This document shows, one piece after another, positions 29,485 to 38,132 of a stretch of 64,000 nt of DNA; position 1 is the stretch's first letter, and every line of letters begins with the position of its first letter. The notes below the pieces were generated by a model that had not been told where the DNA came from, did no database searches, and was given only the letters and a program-made list of their open reading frames with translations. The position numbers and the translations under genes are program-made. Source of the DNA: an uncultured Gammaproteobacteria bacterium (GTDB taxonomy: Bacteria; Patescibacteriota; Microgenomatia; CAZETR01; Amesbacteraceae); the NCBI GenBank assembly GCA_964543035.1, contig CAZIVL010000001.1, positions 367,736-431,735 on the forward strand, given 5' to 3'.

Positions 29485-30378
29485 ATGTCAGAAGACCAAA
29501 TATCTGCCGAAAAACCCAAAGTGCCTCGACGCACCGCTCTCAGATTTGCGGGTTTGGCGGGTGCCGCAGCACTAAGTGCTTGGTGGCTTAAGGAAAACGT
29601 TATCGATCCCGATGATCAGCGTTTTCAGCTGATACCTCAATCGGACAAAATTGCTACCCAATCAGCACTTTCTAAAGTCGAGGATCGAATGGCCGAGATT
29701 AGTCAAGCGTACAAAGACAACTTTCCGGAACTAGCAGCAGAAGTGACAAAAGTTCCGAATGTTTTATTTAGAAATTCATTAGCGATCCAATTAGAATTTG
29801 CCGGAGTTACACCTGATCAAAATCATAGAATATCAGGTGTTTCCGGAACAGCAATTGGCCCCAACTTGATTGTTCTGGCCGATCATACTGTTTTTCCATC
29901 AGATAAAGTCAAATCCGAAAACAACCTCGGTGAATTGGTGGGTTTAGCTAGTTCAACTCCACAGTTGGTTAAAAAACATGCGGTACAGATACCAGCTAAT
30001 TCTTTTTCGATTCATCGACTACCAGAGCATGACCTAGTGATTATCAAATCGCACGCAAATCCATTTGTAGACAGTGAGGCATATCCTGTCGTTAATTCCG
30101 ATTGGAAACCTTACAAAGGTGATATGGTTCATGCTTTGAGTTTTCCAACCGAGGCCCAAGACAAATCTGTCTACGTTCCTCACAATTATCCAATACTTCA
30201 CATCAGAAGGAATATTTTTGTGTTGGATGGAATTGTTAGCGGCGGTTCAAGCGGGGCAGGGGTAGTAAATGACACAGGAGAGTTAGTTGGGGTAATCAAT
30301 GCCATTGGTGGTTCGGGGGCAAGGGCCACTCGGCTAGATCATTCCTTTACTACGCTTCTGGATCGGGCAAGGTCTTAG
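29485..30378 (+). CDS. trypsin-like (S1) serine protease with twin-arginine-like signal
   Basis: 'RRTALRFAGLAGAAALSAW' signal; 'LADHTV' His region; 'GGSSGAGVV' GDSGG-like serine motif. Confidence 0.45.
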   Translation: MSEDQISAEKPKVPRRTALRFAGLAGAAALSAWWLKENVIDPDDQRFQLIPQSDKIATQSALSKVEDRMAEISQAYKDNFPELAAEVTKVPNVLFRNSLAIQLEFAGVTPDQNHRISGVSGTAIGPNLIVLADHTVFPSDKVKSENNLGELVGLASSTPQLVKKHAVQIPANSFSIHRLPEHDLVIIKSHANPFVDSEAYPVVNSDWKPYKGDMVHALSFPTEAQDKSVYVPHNYPILHIRRNIFVLDGIVSGGSSGAGVVNDTGELVGVINAIGGSGARATRLDHSFTTLLDRARS

Positions 30379-30790
30379 TAGTTCTAGCCCAACGGTGTAC
30401 CGCCGCAAAGGCAAATACTCCCAGAGCCGTTCCCGCAGCCGTCGCTGCCAGCTGCTCTACTTGCACGGGTCTTCCGGAGTGCAATATTGGTTGAAGAACC
30501 CCTTCGGTGATCATTTCGGCACACACATACCCTCCCCACAGCATTCCAAATGAGGCCCGTCTCAGCCAAGTTGGGGCATGTACTCCTGCTTCTCGCTCAG
30601 TAACCCTGATTAACAAATCAATCAAAAAAGGCATGACGGCCGCTTCCCCAAAATGTTCTCCCAAGACCTTCAACCTTCCCAGACCATAAAGATTGGCAAA
30701 ATCCAGAAGTTCCAGTCTCCATTTGGTCAAAGCCGCTCCTGACACAGCCAAGCTTAGCTCAAACAATCTCAGGGCCCGTTCTCTGTCCAT
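30350..30790 (-). CDS. hypothetical Ala-rich protein
   Basis: Only long ORF in a roughly 440-nt segment; GC noticeably above its surroundings. Confidence 0.3.
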   Translation of the reverse strand: MDRERALRLFELSLAVSGAALTKWRLELLDFANLYGLGRLKVLGEHFGEAAVMPFLIDLLIRVTEREAGVHAPTWLRRASFGMLWGGYVCAEMITEGVLQPILHSGRPVQVEQLAATAAGTALGVFAFAAVHRWARTTKTLPDPEA

Positions 30791-30817
30791 AGCGCGGGAT
30801 TATACATAAATTCCCAT

Positions 30818-31012
30818 TTGACAAACATAGCTATAAGGACTAAAAAACAAGATATGAATCTGCCAAATGAGTCCATAGTCTTTTTTTTCATAGCTTTTGG
30901 CATAATCGGAGCCTACTATGGATTATTTGTAGAAGGCAGAAACCTAACCAAGGCTCTTAGAAAAGCAAGAGAACAAGGAGAGCAGATTGGGCCAAGAAAG
31001 ATTGAGAAATAG
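30818..31012 (+). CDS. hypothetical small membrane protein
   Basis: 64 aa with one TM segment. Confidence 0.3.
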   Translation: MTNIAIRTKKQDMNLPNESIVFFFIAFGIIGAYYGLFVEGRNLTKALRKAREQGEQIGPRKIEK

Positions 31013-31036
31013 GCCCAAGTAGGCTAAAATAAGGCC

Positions 31037-31360
31037 ATGACCAATATTGCAGTTGTAAAAGACACCACTTTCCACGTCGGCGACCTAATCAAGGTCCACT
31101 ACCGAGTCGTCGAAGGGGAAAAAGAGCGTATCCAGATCTTTGAAGGCTTGGTCATTGGTATCCGGGGCCGGGATGTAAACAAGACTATGACAGTGCGCAA
31201 GATCGCAGCCGGCGGCATCGGAGTCGAGCGTATTTACCCTCTGTCCTCTCCTTGGATATCCAAAATTGAAGTAAAAAAGACCGGACATGTCAGACGGGCC
31301 AAGCTCAAGTACGTCAGAAATCAGTCCACCAGACGTGTTGCCAGTATCACCCAGGGATAA
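31037..31360 (+). CDS. rplS: 50S ribosomal protein L19
   Basis: 'FHVGDLIKVHYRVVEGEKERIQIFEGLVI' is a classic bL19 sequence. Confidence 0.85.
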   Translation: MTNIAVVKDTTFHVGDLIKVHYRVVEGEKERIQIFEGLVIGIRGRDVNKTMTVRKIAAGGIGVERIYPLSSPWISKIEVKKTGHVRRAKLKYVRNQSTRRVASITQG

Positions 31361-31370
31361 TAATTTTTTT

Positions 31371-31407
31371 GTCATTCTGAGCGGAGCGTAGCGCAGTCGA
31401 AGAATCT
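31371..31407. repeat. hairpin repeat family member R2 (GTC-ATTCT-loop-AGAAT)
   Basis: Matches the family consensus 'GTCATxCTGAGCG...'; the stem has compensatory changes (ATTCT/AGAAT). Confidence 0.5.
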
Positions 31408-31423
31408 CTTGTAATATTGGTGG

Positions 31424-33094
31424 GTGTCGAAAAAAACAATTTTTTTGGGTTTAATCCTTGTTGCAGCCTTTTTTCTTCGCTTTTATGATCTCGGCCTCCT
31501 CCCAAACGGTCTGCATTGGGATGAGCAGGATACCGGCTACCAGGCCTTATCTCTTTTCAAAACTGGTCGTGATTACCACGGCGTGCCCTTGCCTCTCTTT
31601 CCTCACTCTTTTGCCGACTACCGCACCCCGGTCTTCATCTACTCAGCCGTCCCAGTCGTCGCCAAACTTGGTCTGACGGCCTTTTCCGTCCGTCTCCCAG
31701 CGCTCATCTGGGGATTAGTCGGAGTGGCAGCTATGTATACACTCGCCACTCTCATACTTAGAAATTCGAAGTTAGGATTTATATCTTCAGGACTTTTAGC
31801 ATTGTCACATTGGCATCTCCAGTATTCTAAAAAAAGCGTGGAGACGATTTCTCTTAGTACCTTGTTTTTGATCGGTCTGGCTTGCTTTTTCAAGGGTCTC
31901 AAAAAGCCGGTTTGGCTCATCTGGTCTGGGTTATTTTTTGGTCTAGCAACTGCAGCCTACAGTCCAGGCAAGCTCTTTGTCCCATTAATACTTTCTACTT
32001 TATTCGTTATACATTTTACAAATCTCAGGTCACACCTAAAACACTCGATTCTTGGAGCCCTAGCATTTTTAGTAATATTCGTCCCCGTATTTGCGGACGG
32101 ATTGTGGGGCAAGTCGGGGACTCGCTTTCATGATGTCTCAGTCTTTACCGATCCCACACTTGGAACTACCGTGGATTTCAAACGGCTTGAGTCAATCCTT
32201 TCCTCAGGCATACCCAGAACAGTAGGCTTGTCTCCCAGATTGATTGACAAAATACTTATAAACAAGCCCGAAGAAGCAGTATCAAAGATTGTGACCAATT
32301 ATTTCACGACCTTAGGCAGCGAGTATTTATTTATAAAAGGGGATTCAGAGCCCCGTCATTCTCCGAGCCAAGATAGGATTGGCATGCTCCAGGCCATCGA
32401 GCTCATCCCCTTTATCCTGGGTCTCGTAGTCCTACTCACAACCCACAACCTACAACTAAAAACTATATTATTTTGGCTTCTCCTCGCCCCTCTCCCGTCT
32501 GCTCTTACTCGTGACGGGGGCGGCCATGCGGCCCGGACTTTTATTCTCCTTCCCGCCCTTATTTTGATTCTCACCCTCGGCCATAAGTTTTTATATCAAA
32601 AATCCAAAATACTTTATACGTTATACCTAATACTTTATACAGTTAGCACTTTCTACATCTATGGCTATTACTTTACAGTCTACCGGACCGAGTCGGCCAA
32701 ACCTTTTCAGTATGGGTTCGACTGGGTCATTTCCAAAGCGGTAGCCGGGTCAGCCAGTTATGACAAAGTGTATGTAGACGGCAACCGTGACACACTCCTC
32801 ATGTCGTACCTGTTTTATCACCAACAAGATCCCGCCGCGTTCCAAAAAACCCTGCCTCTTCAGGATGAAGAAATTTTTCCCGGAGTAAGAGCCCTGAGAT
32901 TTGGAAATATTTATTTGCTAGCCCCAGGTAGTAGGCACTGGACCGATATTACCAACAGTCAGACCTACACTGGTCGCAATCTCATCATCTCAGCGGCTGA
33001 CCAGCCACTTCTGACCGACCAGATCAAGACTAAGCTTGATACCCTCATCTACCCGGACACCATGACCCCGGCCTACTACGTCTTTACAAAATAA
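31424..33094 (+). CDS. glycosyltransferase family 39/83 (ArnT/PMT-like), GTG start
   Basis: 'LRFYDLGLLPNGLHWDEQDTGYQA' N-terminal signature, more than 10 TM helices; reading starts at GTG 31424. Confidence 0.7.
   Translation: MSKKTIFLGLILVAAFFLRFYDLGLLPNGLHWDEQDTGYQALSLFKTGRDYHGVPLPLFPHSFADYRTPVFIYSAVPVVAKLGLTAFSVRLPALIWGLVGVAAMYTLATLILRNSKLGFISSGLLALSHWHLQYSKKSVETISLSTLFLIGLACFFKGLKKPVWLIWSGLFFGLATAAYSPGKLFVPLILSTLFVIHFTNLRSHLKHSILGALAFLVIFVPVFADGLWGKSGTRFHDVSVFTDPTLGTTVDFKRLESILSSGIPRTVGLSPRLIDKILINKPEEAVSKIVTNYFTTLGSEYLFIKGDSEPRHSPSQDRIGMLQAIELIPFILGLVVLLTTHNLQLKTILFWLLLAPLPSALTRDGGGHAARTFILLPALILILTLGHKFLYQKSKILYTLYLILYTVSTFYIYGYYFTVYRTESAKPFQYGFDWVISKAVAGSASYDKVYVDGNRDTLLMSYLFYHQQDPAAFQKTLPLQDEEIFPGVRALRFGNIYLLAPGSRHWTDITNSQTYTGRNLIISAADQPLLTDQIKTKLDTLIYPDTMTPAYYVFTK
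32431..32465. repeat. 7-bp-period tandem array, ACAACNN family (ACAACCC ACAACCT ACAACTA AAAACTA)
   Basis: In frame in the GT39 gene; encodes 'LLTTHNLQLKTI'. Confidence 0.7.
32609..32643. repeat. 7-bp-period tandem array, ATACNNN family, 5 units (ATACTTT ATACGTT ATACCTA ATACTTT ATACAGT)
   Basis: In frame in the same GT39 gene; encodes 'KILYTLYLILYT'. Confidence 0.7.
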
Positions 33095-33126
33095 AGACTC
33101 TTTGATACACTATAGGTCATAAGAAT

Positions 33127-33417
33127 ATGTTTGAAGCATTAAAAAATCGAATTTTCGGTACACCCCCTTTAACTCGAGATGAGGATGCCGATTTCTATAA
33201 AGAGTTAGGGGCTACCGTAACTTTAGTAAGGGAAGGCAAGGATGCTGCAGCTTCTAGGAATGTAGGTCAAGTAGAATGGGGTGGGTCTGTTGCGGTGGTT
33301 CCAGCTGAAAAAGTCCAAACATTCAAAACTGCAGTCTGGCAAGAACTTAATTTAAAAACCAAAAGAGAAGTAGCAGATGAGCAAGAAAAGGCAAGAAGAC
33401 AGTTCGAGACATTGTAA
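33127..33417 (+). CDS. hypothetical protein
   Basis: ORF only. Confidence 0.3.
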   Translation: MFEALKNRIFGTPPLTRDEDADFYKELGATVTLVREGKDAAASRNVGQVEWGGSVAVVPAEKVQTFKTAVWQELNLKTKREVADEQEKARRQFETL

Positions 33418-33418
33418 T

Positions 33419-35203
33419 CTACTCCGCCAGGAATCCATTCTGCTGCATCTCCCACAATCTTTTGTACAACCCTCCAGATTGTTTTATCAGCGTCCTGTGA
33501 GTCCCAGACTCAGCGATCGTTCCCCTGCGTAAGACTATTATGCGATCAGTCCGCATCACAGTAGACAGCCTGTGGGCAATCACGATACTAGTTCTGGGAT
33601 TTGTCGGATCTTTGGCCAAGTTCCAAAAAGCGTCCTGGATAGCCCCTTCCGACTCCGAGTCCAGAGAGCTGGTGGCCTCGTCAAATATGATTATCTTGGC
33701 TTTTTCGAGTAAGACCCTGGCAATGGCCAGTCTTTGCCTCTGTCCACCAGACAGCTTTATCCCTCTTTCTCCCACTTTGGTCTCCAGTCCCTCAGGCAGC
33801 GATTTTACAAACTTTTCCAGCATGGAAGCCCTCAGCGCTTCCCACACCTCTACTTCTGAAGCCTCCGGTTTGCCATACTTTATGTTGTAGCCAATGGTGT
33901 TATTAAACATGATGGGGTCTTGGGGGACGATCCCGATCAAGCTTCTCAGATAGCTTTTTTTCATATCTTTTACATTTATGCCATCTATCCGGATTTCTCC
34001 CTGAGTCGTGTCATACATGCGCATCAGCAGTTTCACAAGCGTCGTCTTTCCCGATCCCGATAGTCCGACCAGAGCCACCGATTCTCCAGGTCTGATAGAG
34101 AGACTCAGATTGCGAAATACCCGGGCTCTTGAGTGGTAAGAAAAAGACACATCATCTATTACTATCTCGCCTTTCAGATTTTCTATAGTTCGAGGAGTGG
34201 CCGGGTCCGCCACTGTGGATTTTTCCTCAAATATTTTAAACAGGTCTTGCAGATCGGTATATCTTTTTGCGATTGATCTGACATTCATTAGAACTGCAAT
34301 TAGCCTAGGAAAGACTGTTACAGAAAAACTGGCAATGAGGACAAAACTGGGCAAGTCTATTCGCCCGGCGGACAGGTCCCAGACAGCAACGAGTATAGTG
34401 CTAGCAATCGCGATATTTGCGTAGTTGCCGACTGTTAGATCAAAGAGTCTAAAGGTATTAAAATATTCTTGAGCCGATGTATCCCAAGCCCTCAGAGCCG
34501 CCAAAAAACGATTTTGCTCAAATTCTTCTTTGGCAAAATATTTGACAGTGTCAAAGTTTATAAAATTATCTATTCGCATGCCCGCGATTCGGTCGTCCCA
34601 TTGCGTCAGTCCCTTTCTTTTTATCATGTTGTACTTTATTAAAGGTCGCATCGTAACAGCAGAGACTATCAAGACTAGTAGTGTGATGGCCACATATTTT
34701 GGATCAGTTCCCCAAAAGGCATAGAGGAGAAATCCAAATCCGATCAATGTTCCAAACAGCTCTCGATTTATGATCTCAGTCAGATTAAACATCGCGTCTT
34801 CACCTCTTTTTGTCAGAGATATCAGACGCCCAGAGCTTTTTTCTGCGTGATAAGAAAAATCGAGTTCATGGATTTTTTTCAGTGCGTCCAGATTTACATC
34901 CACCAGAGTCCTCATAGCCGACCTGTCTCCTAGCATCTGCGAGATAATATGAAAAAAAGTCCCAAACAGAAGCACCGTTCCCATCCACAGAGCCAGCTTT
35001 ACGGCGCTGTCATAGTCATGACTGTTTACAGCCTGGACGATCCACTTTACAAAAAAGTTCTGCATGTTTTCGGCCGACCGAGCCAGTACCAAGGTGACCA
35101 TCCCGCTCAAAAACAAAGCCGGGTGGCGAAGTAAATAGCCGTAAAACGTTCCAAAGGTTTTTCTCATTACATTATTATTGCACTCAATCCGAAAAAAACT
35201 CAA
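33419..35203 (-). CDS. ABC transporter, fused permease/ATP-binding exporter (MsbA-like)
   Basis: 6 TM helices, then Walker A 'GLSGSGKTT', ABC signature 'LSGGQRQR' and Walker B 'IIIFDEATS'. Confidence 0.8.
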   Translation of the reverse strand: MSFFRIECNNNVMRKTFGTFYGYLLRHPALFLSGMVTLVLARSAENMQNFFVKWIVQAVNSHDYDSAVKLALWMGTVLLFGTFFHIISQMLGDRSAMRTLVDVNLDALKKIHELDFSYHAEKSSGRLISLTKRGEDAMFNLTEIINRELFGTLIGFGFLLYAFWGTDPKYVAITLLVLIVSAVTMRPLIKYNMIKRKGLTQWDDRIAGMRIDNFINFDTVKYFAKEEFEQNRFLAALRAWDTSAQEYFNTFRLFDLTVGNYANIAIASTILVAVWDLSAGRIDLPSFVLIASFSVTVFPRLIAVLMNVRSIAKRYTDLQDLFKIFEEKSTVADPATPRTIENLKGEIVIDDVSFSYHSRARVFRNLSLSIRPGESVALVGLSGSGKTTLVKLLMRMYDTTQGEIRIDGINVKDMKKSYLRSLIGIVPQDPIMFNNTIGYNIKYGKPEASEVEVWEALRASMLEKFVKSLPEGLETKVGERGIKLSGGQRQRLAIARVLLEKAKIIIFDEATSSLDSESEGAIQDAFWNLAKDPTNPRTSIVIAHRLSTVMRTDRIIVLRRGTIAESGTHRTLIKQSGGLYKRLWEMQQNGFLAE

Positions 35204-35484
35204 ACCCCTTCTATATTGCTATGCAGCCCACACACAAATCCTGGAACTTCGACAAGTGTGCTGCCAAATCCCAAAAAACCGCCGCGTTCGACTTTGACCT
35301 TAGCTGCGATGGGTCCGGGACAATCAACACTTGCCTCAGTTGCCGCTGCTAGATTTTGAGCTTCTTGATACATTTGCGTTAGACCGACTCCACTAAGTCC
35401 AAAAGTGTCAGAAATCCAAGGTGTAACCGGTTGTTGTCTCAATATCTTGATCCAAGGACAATGCTCACTGCAAAGTGGTGCCAT
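35200..35484 (-). CDS. hypothetical protein
   Basis: ORF with a 4-nt overlap to the ABC gene. Confidence 0.3.
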   Translation of the reverse strand: MAPLCSEHCPWIKILRQQPVTPWISDTFGLSGVGLTQMYQEAQNLAAATEASVDCPGPIAAKVKVERGGFLGFGSTLVEVPGFVCGLHSNIEGV

Positions 35485-35535
35485 TTCCAGACTCTAGACC
35501 TAGCACAAATGTTTGTCAACAGATTTCAAAAACTC

Positions 35536-35700
35536 TATATATCTTTGTGGGGCGGCGGGGGATCGCTCGCGAAGCGCAAGCCGCAGGCTTGAGCCTGGAA
35601 AATCACCTGGTCAAATAAATTTGACACATCTTCGATGGAAAAGGGTGCTGCTCTTAGATGAGCGTAGCGAGTCGCATCAAACTATACCAAGCTGAGCGGA
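35536..35700 (-). pseudogene. degenerate tRNA-Lys-like copy with three internal insertions (pseudo-tRNA or att-site scar)
   Basis: Shares 'tggggcgg.gggggatcg', 'aatcacc', 'aaaagggtgctgctct' and 'agctgagc' blocks with the adjacent tRNA-Lys, in the same order; lacks a pairing 5' acceptor strand. Confidence 0.35.
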
Positions 35701-35708
35701 TTTTTTAG

Positions 35709-35781
35709 TGGGGCGGCCGGGGATCGAACCCGGGACAATCACCTTAAAAGGGTGCTGCTCTACCGGCTGAGCTACCGCCCC
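35709..35781 (-). tRNA. tRNA-Lys (anticodon UUU)
   Basis: Reverse complement folds: acceptor GGGGCGG/CCGCCCC, D-stem GCTC/GAGC, anticodon loop CTTTTAA, T-arm CCGGG-TTCGATC-CCCGG. Confidence 0.8.
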
Positions 35782-35822
35782 AAGATTTTCTGAAACACCC
35801 AAATTTTACTACAATTGACTGA

Positions 35823-38132
35823 TTAACCCAACCCGAGTGGTCTTTTGCCAGACAGAAGCTTCCTGGCTTCCAGTATAACCACAAACAATCCCGCAGTTCC
35901 AAAACAGTACAAAAATGCAAAATTTGGTAGGGGAGTGATGTAGCCGGCGATCAAGGGGTGAATGACAAATGGGATGAGTGCCGCTGCTAGAAACGCCAGG
36001 TTTCCAAACATTTTCCAGGAGGAAAACACAGACCTGTGATTTATCCAGCAGTCAGTAAATATGACAAATTGCAGCAATATCATAGATGTAAACAGCACTC
36101 CGGAAGCCAGCCTACTTTCGAGTCCAAACGCCCAGGTGGAAGCAAAAGCCAGAAGAGACATTAGTAGTCCCACTGCTATCATGTACTTGGCCTCAGATCT
36201 ACCCAAGAACTGCTCTACGTTTCTGGGCAGTCCATACATGAGTCCCTGCACTTTGTCCGCAAATGCAAATGCTAGAGCCGGCAGACCATCCGTGACCAAG
36301 TTGATGTACAAGATCATAAACGGTGTCAGCATGGGTAGATCAAATAGAGCGGCGACAGTAATGTAGGCTACCTCACCCAGGTTGCAAGCCAGCAAAAACT
36401 TGATCGCTCCCACCAGGTTTGCAAATATATTTCTACCTTCTTCAATAGCATTGACCAGGGTCGCAAAATTGTCATCAGTTAGTATCATGTCCGCAGTCTG
36501 GCGGGCCACATCTGTCCCCAGCCTGCCCATAGCCACTCCCACGTCTGCTTGCTTGAGAGCCAGGACATCATTTACTCCGTCTCCTGTGACTGCCACCACT
36601 TCACCCATCTGTTGGTACAGTTTTACCAGTCTATATTTTTGTTCTGGCTCCGTCCTGGCAAATATTCGCACGCGGGGAAGTATGGCCAGCAGTTCCTCGT
36701 CCGAATAATCGTTCAGTTGAGCGCCCGTCAGGATATCCTCACCTTCGTGGATTATCCCCACTTCCCGGCCTATGGCCTCAGCCGTCAGCACATTGTCCCC
36801 TGTCACCATGACTGTTTTTATCCCAGCATGTTTGGTGGCCGCAATCGCGCCTTTTACTTCAGGTCTTACCGGGTCCGCAATCCCCACAAATCCCAAAAAT
36901 CGCAGCTTTCCGCTACCTTTTTTAGCAGCAAATGCGATCATCCGGTACCCCTGCTTGGCAAATTCCGAAAATTCTCTTTGGATCTTTTCTTTTTGGGTGA
37001 CAGTTTCCGATTTACACATGAAGAGGATCGACTCCGGCGATCCTTTCAGAAACACATATTTTTCAGATCCCTTGTGGACAGTCACTTCCATGGTCTTGGT
37101 CTTGGAGTCAAATGGTTTTACAGCCAATGTCTTCCATTCATCTCTGGTCTCAGATATGTTCCACCCCAGGTCCGCAGCCCAGTACAGAAGAGACCCTTCT
37201 GTGGGATCGCCAATGACATCAAATGTCCCGTGATCCACCTTGGTCACGACTGAAGCTGTCGAGCACAGTATTCCATTTAGAGCCATCAAGGACTCATCTT
37301 TTTTGGCCACACTCCAGACCTTTTTGACCCGCATATTATTGGTCGTCAGAGTCCCGGTCTTGTCAGTGGCAATGAGAGTCACAGCCCCCAGAGTCTCAAT
37401 AGCCGGCATTCTTCGCACGATGGCTTTCTTTCGAGCTAGTCTCTCCACACCCATGGCCAGAGTGATCGTCATAACCGAGGGCAAGCCCTCAGGGACTGCA
37501 GCTACAGCCAAAGACACAGCCAAGAGCAGTCCGTGTGGCAAAGGCTCTCCTTTCCAAAGAGTTATTGCCAGTATCGACACAGCCGCCAGCATTCCCAGTA
37601 AGCCCACTTGTCCGGTCAGTTTTGAGAGTTTTATTTGTAGGGGAGTCAGAGGATCTTTTATCTCGCCCAGTTTTTTGGCTATTCGGCCAAACTTTGTTTG
37701 GTCCCCTAGGCGAAGGACGGTCGCATACACTTGCCCTTTTGCCACGACTGTTCCCATGTATATTTCGTCATCATTTTTTTTGGCGACGGCCATGGACTCA
37801 CCTGTCAGGACTGACTCATCGAGTTCCAGGTTTGTGGATCCAGTCACCACGCAGTCAGCCGGCACCCGTCCTCCTTCTTCCAAAAATATCTTGTCACCGA
37901 TCGTAAGTTGTCTGCTATCTATCTCAGATTCCACCCCATCTCTGATCACCCTGACCATAAAGACCGACATTTTTCGCAGAGTAGCTAGAGCTTTTTCGGA
38001 CTTATATCCTTGATAAAAAGTGATGGCCGTATTCAGCATCACGATCCCGACTATCGCAATCGCATCAAACTGATCCCCAATCAGATAGCTGACAACCGCC
38101 GCCACCACCAGTAACCAGTTCAGTTTTCCCAT
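35823..38132 (-). CDS. cation-transporting P-type ATPase (type II, Ca2+/Mg2+-like)
   Basis: 'DKTGTLT' phosphorylation motif, 'TGDN' and 'GDGVNDVLALKQADVG' hinge. Confidence 0.85.
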   Translation of the reverse strand: MGKLNWLLVVAAVVSYLIGDQFDAIAIVGIVMLNTAITFYQGYKSEKALATLRKMSVFMVRVIRDGVESEIDSRQLTIGDKIFLEEGGRVPADCVVTGSTNLELDESVLTGESMAVAKKNDDEIYMGTVVAKGQVYATVLRLGDQTKFGRIAKKLGEIKDPLTPLQIKLSKLTGQVGLLGMLAAVSILAITLWKGEPLPHGLLLAVSLAVAAVPEGLPSVMTITLAMGVERLARKKAIVRRMPAIETLGAVTLIATDKTGTLTTNNMRVKKVWSVAKKDESLMALNGILCSTASVVTKVDHGTFDVIGDPTEGSLLYWAADLGWNISETRDEWKTLAVKPFDSKTKTMEVTVHKGSEKYVFLKGSPESILFMCKSETVTQKEKIQREFSEFAKQGYRMIAFAAKKGSGKLRFLGFVGIADPVRPEVKGAIAATKHAGIKTVMVTGDNVLTAEAIGREVGIIHEGEDILTGAQLNDYSDEELLAILPRVRIFARTEPEQKYRLVKLYQQMGEVVAVTGDGVNDVLALKQADVGVAMGRLGTDVARQTADMILTDDNFATLVNAIEEGRNIFANLVGAIKFLLACNLGEVAYITVAALFDLPMLTPFMILYINLVTDGLPALAFAFADKVQGLMYGLPRNVEQFLGRSEAKYMIAVGLLMSLLAFASTWAFGLESRLASGVLFTSMILLQFVIFTDCWINHRSVFSSWKMFGNLAFLAAALIPFVIHPLIAGYITPLPNFAFLYCFGTAGLFVVILEARKLLSGKRPLGLG

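Noticed and set aside
36061-38013. Several 100-257 aa plus-strand ORFs (36061-36366, 36382-36708, 36549-37253, 36772-37233, 37240-38013, 37535-37906)
   Set aside because: All lie antisense to the P-type ATPase gene, whose protein has unambiguous motifs. They are Ser/Ala/Pro-rich frames typical of antisense reading of a GC-richer gene.
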